From: Sedimentisphaerales bacterium | GTDB lineage: Bacteria > Planctomycetota > Phycisphaerae > Sedimentisphaerales > SM23-30 | Assembly: GCA_963666285.1 (NCBI GenBank) | Contig: OY762711.1 | Reading direction: 5' to 3' (one strand) | DNA length: 64,000 bases | Shown: positions 63,774 to 64,000 of the stretch, piece after piece | Numbering within the stretch: position 1 is the stretch's first letter | How the letters are laid out: each line of letters starts with the position of its first letter | Translations under genes and position numbers: made by a program | The notes under the pieces: model-generated | Databases searched by the model: none | What the model saw: the letters and a program-made list of their open reading frames with translations, nothing else | Told to the model about the DNA's origin: nothing

Positions 63774-64000
63774 ATACATAAGCGTTGCAGGAAGGCCCTT
63801 ATAGACGATTTACCAAAGGCACTTCGTTATTGCAACTTAAAAACTGTGAAAGTAAACAATACACTACAATAGCAAAATTAGTGCCGAACAGGATTGGGTC
63901 TTTCATATTAATTCTAGTACTGTACTAATAAAGCCGATATAATGATTGATATCGATAAATATTATATTTAAGATATGCCGATTAGTAGTTCTGAAATTTG

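Overview
Bacterial window. The gene families (Rhodopirellula-type ECF sigma factors, a DUF1559-like prepilin, PEP-CTERM, dockerin-like 'DxNxDCxVDxxD...WL' tags) point to a Planctomycetota genome, probably Phycisphaerae/Sedimentisphaerales; this is an inference. Bases 1-13.1 kb are housekeeping: thiC 3' part, rfbD, coaD, cyclophilin, murA, and a minus-strand groEL-groES-groEL-dnaJ-grpE-FmdB-yacG operon behind a consensus sigma-54 promoter. Bases 13.6-64 kb are a glycan-foraging region with GH16, a GxGYxYP protein, GH27, GH26, GH3, GH78, GH65 + beta-PGM + SSS transporter, an unassigned (alpha/alpha)6-like enzyme, a 2804-aa CotH/lamin-tail protein, two paralogous ECF-sigma/FecR pairs, an AraC regulator, tRNA-Arg(TCT) and an IS701-like element. 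Highlights: (i) eight secreted proteins share a dockerin-like tag, duplicated on enzymes and single on non-catalytic proteins, with no cohesin or TonB receptor visible; (ii) an unannotated 161-bp palindromic MITE-like element occurs three times, each just upstream of a secreted-protein gene; (iii) two adjacent genes share a ~190-aa candidate new CBM; (iv) the IS inserted exactly on a start codon and separated that gene from its RBS; (v) two further small repeat families, one showing stem covariation. All calls come from reading motifs by eye; no searches were run.
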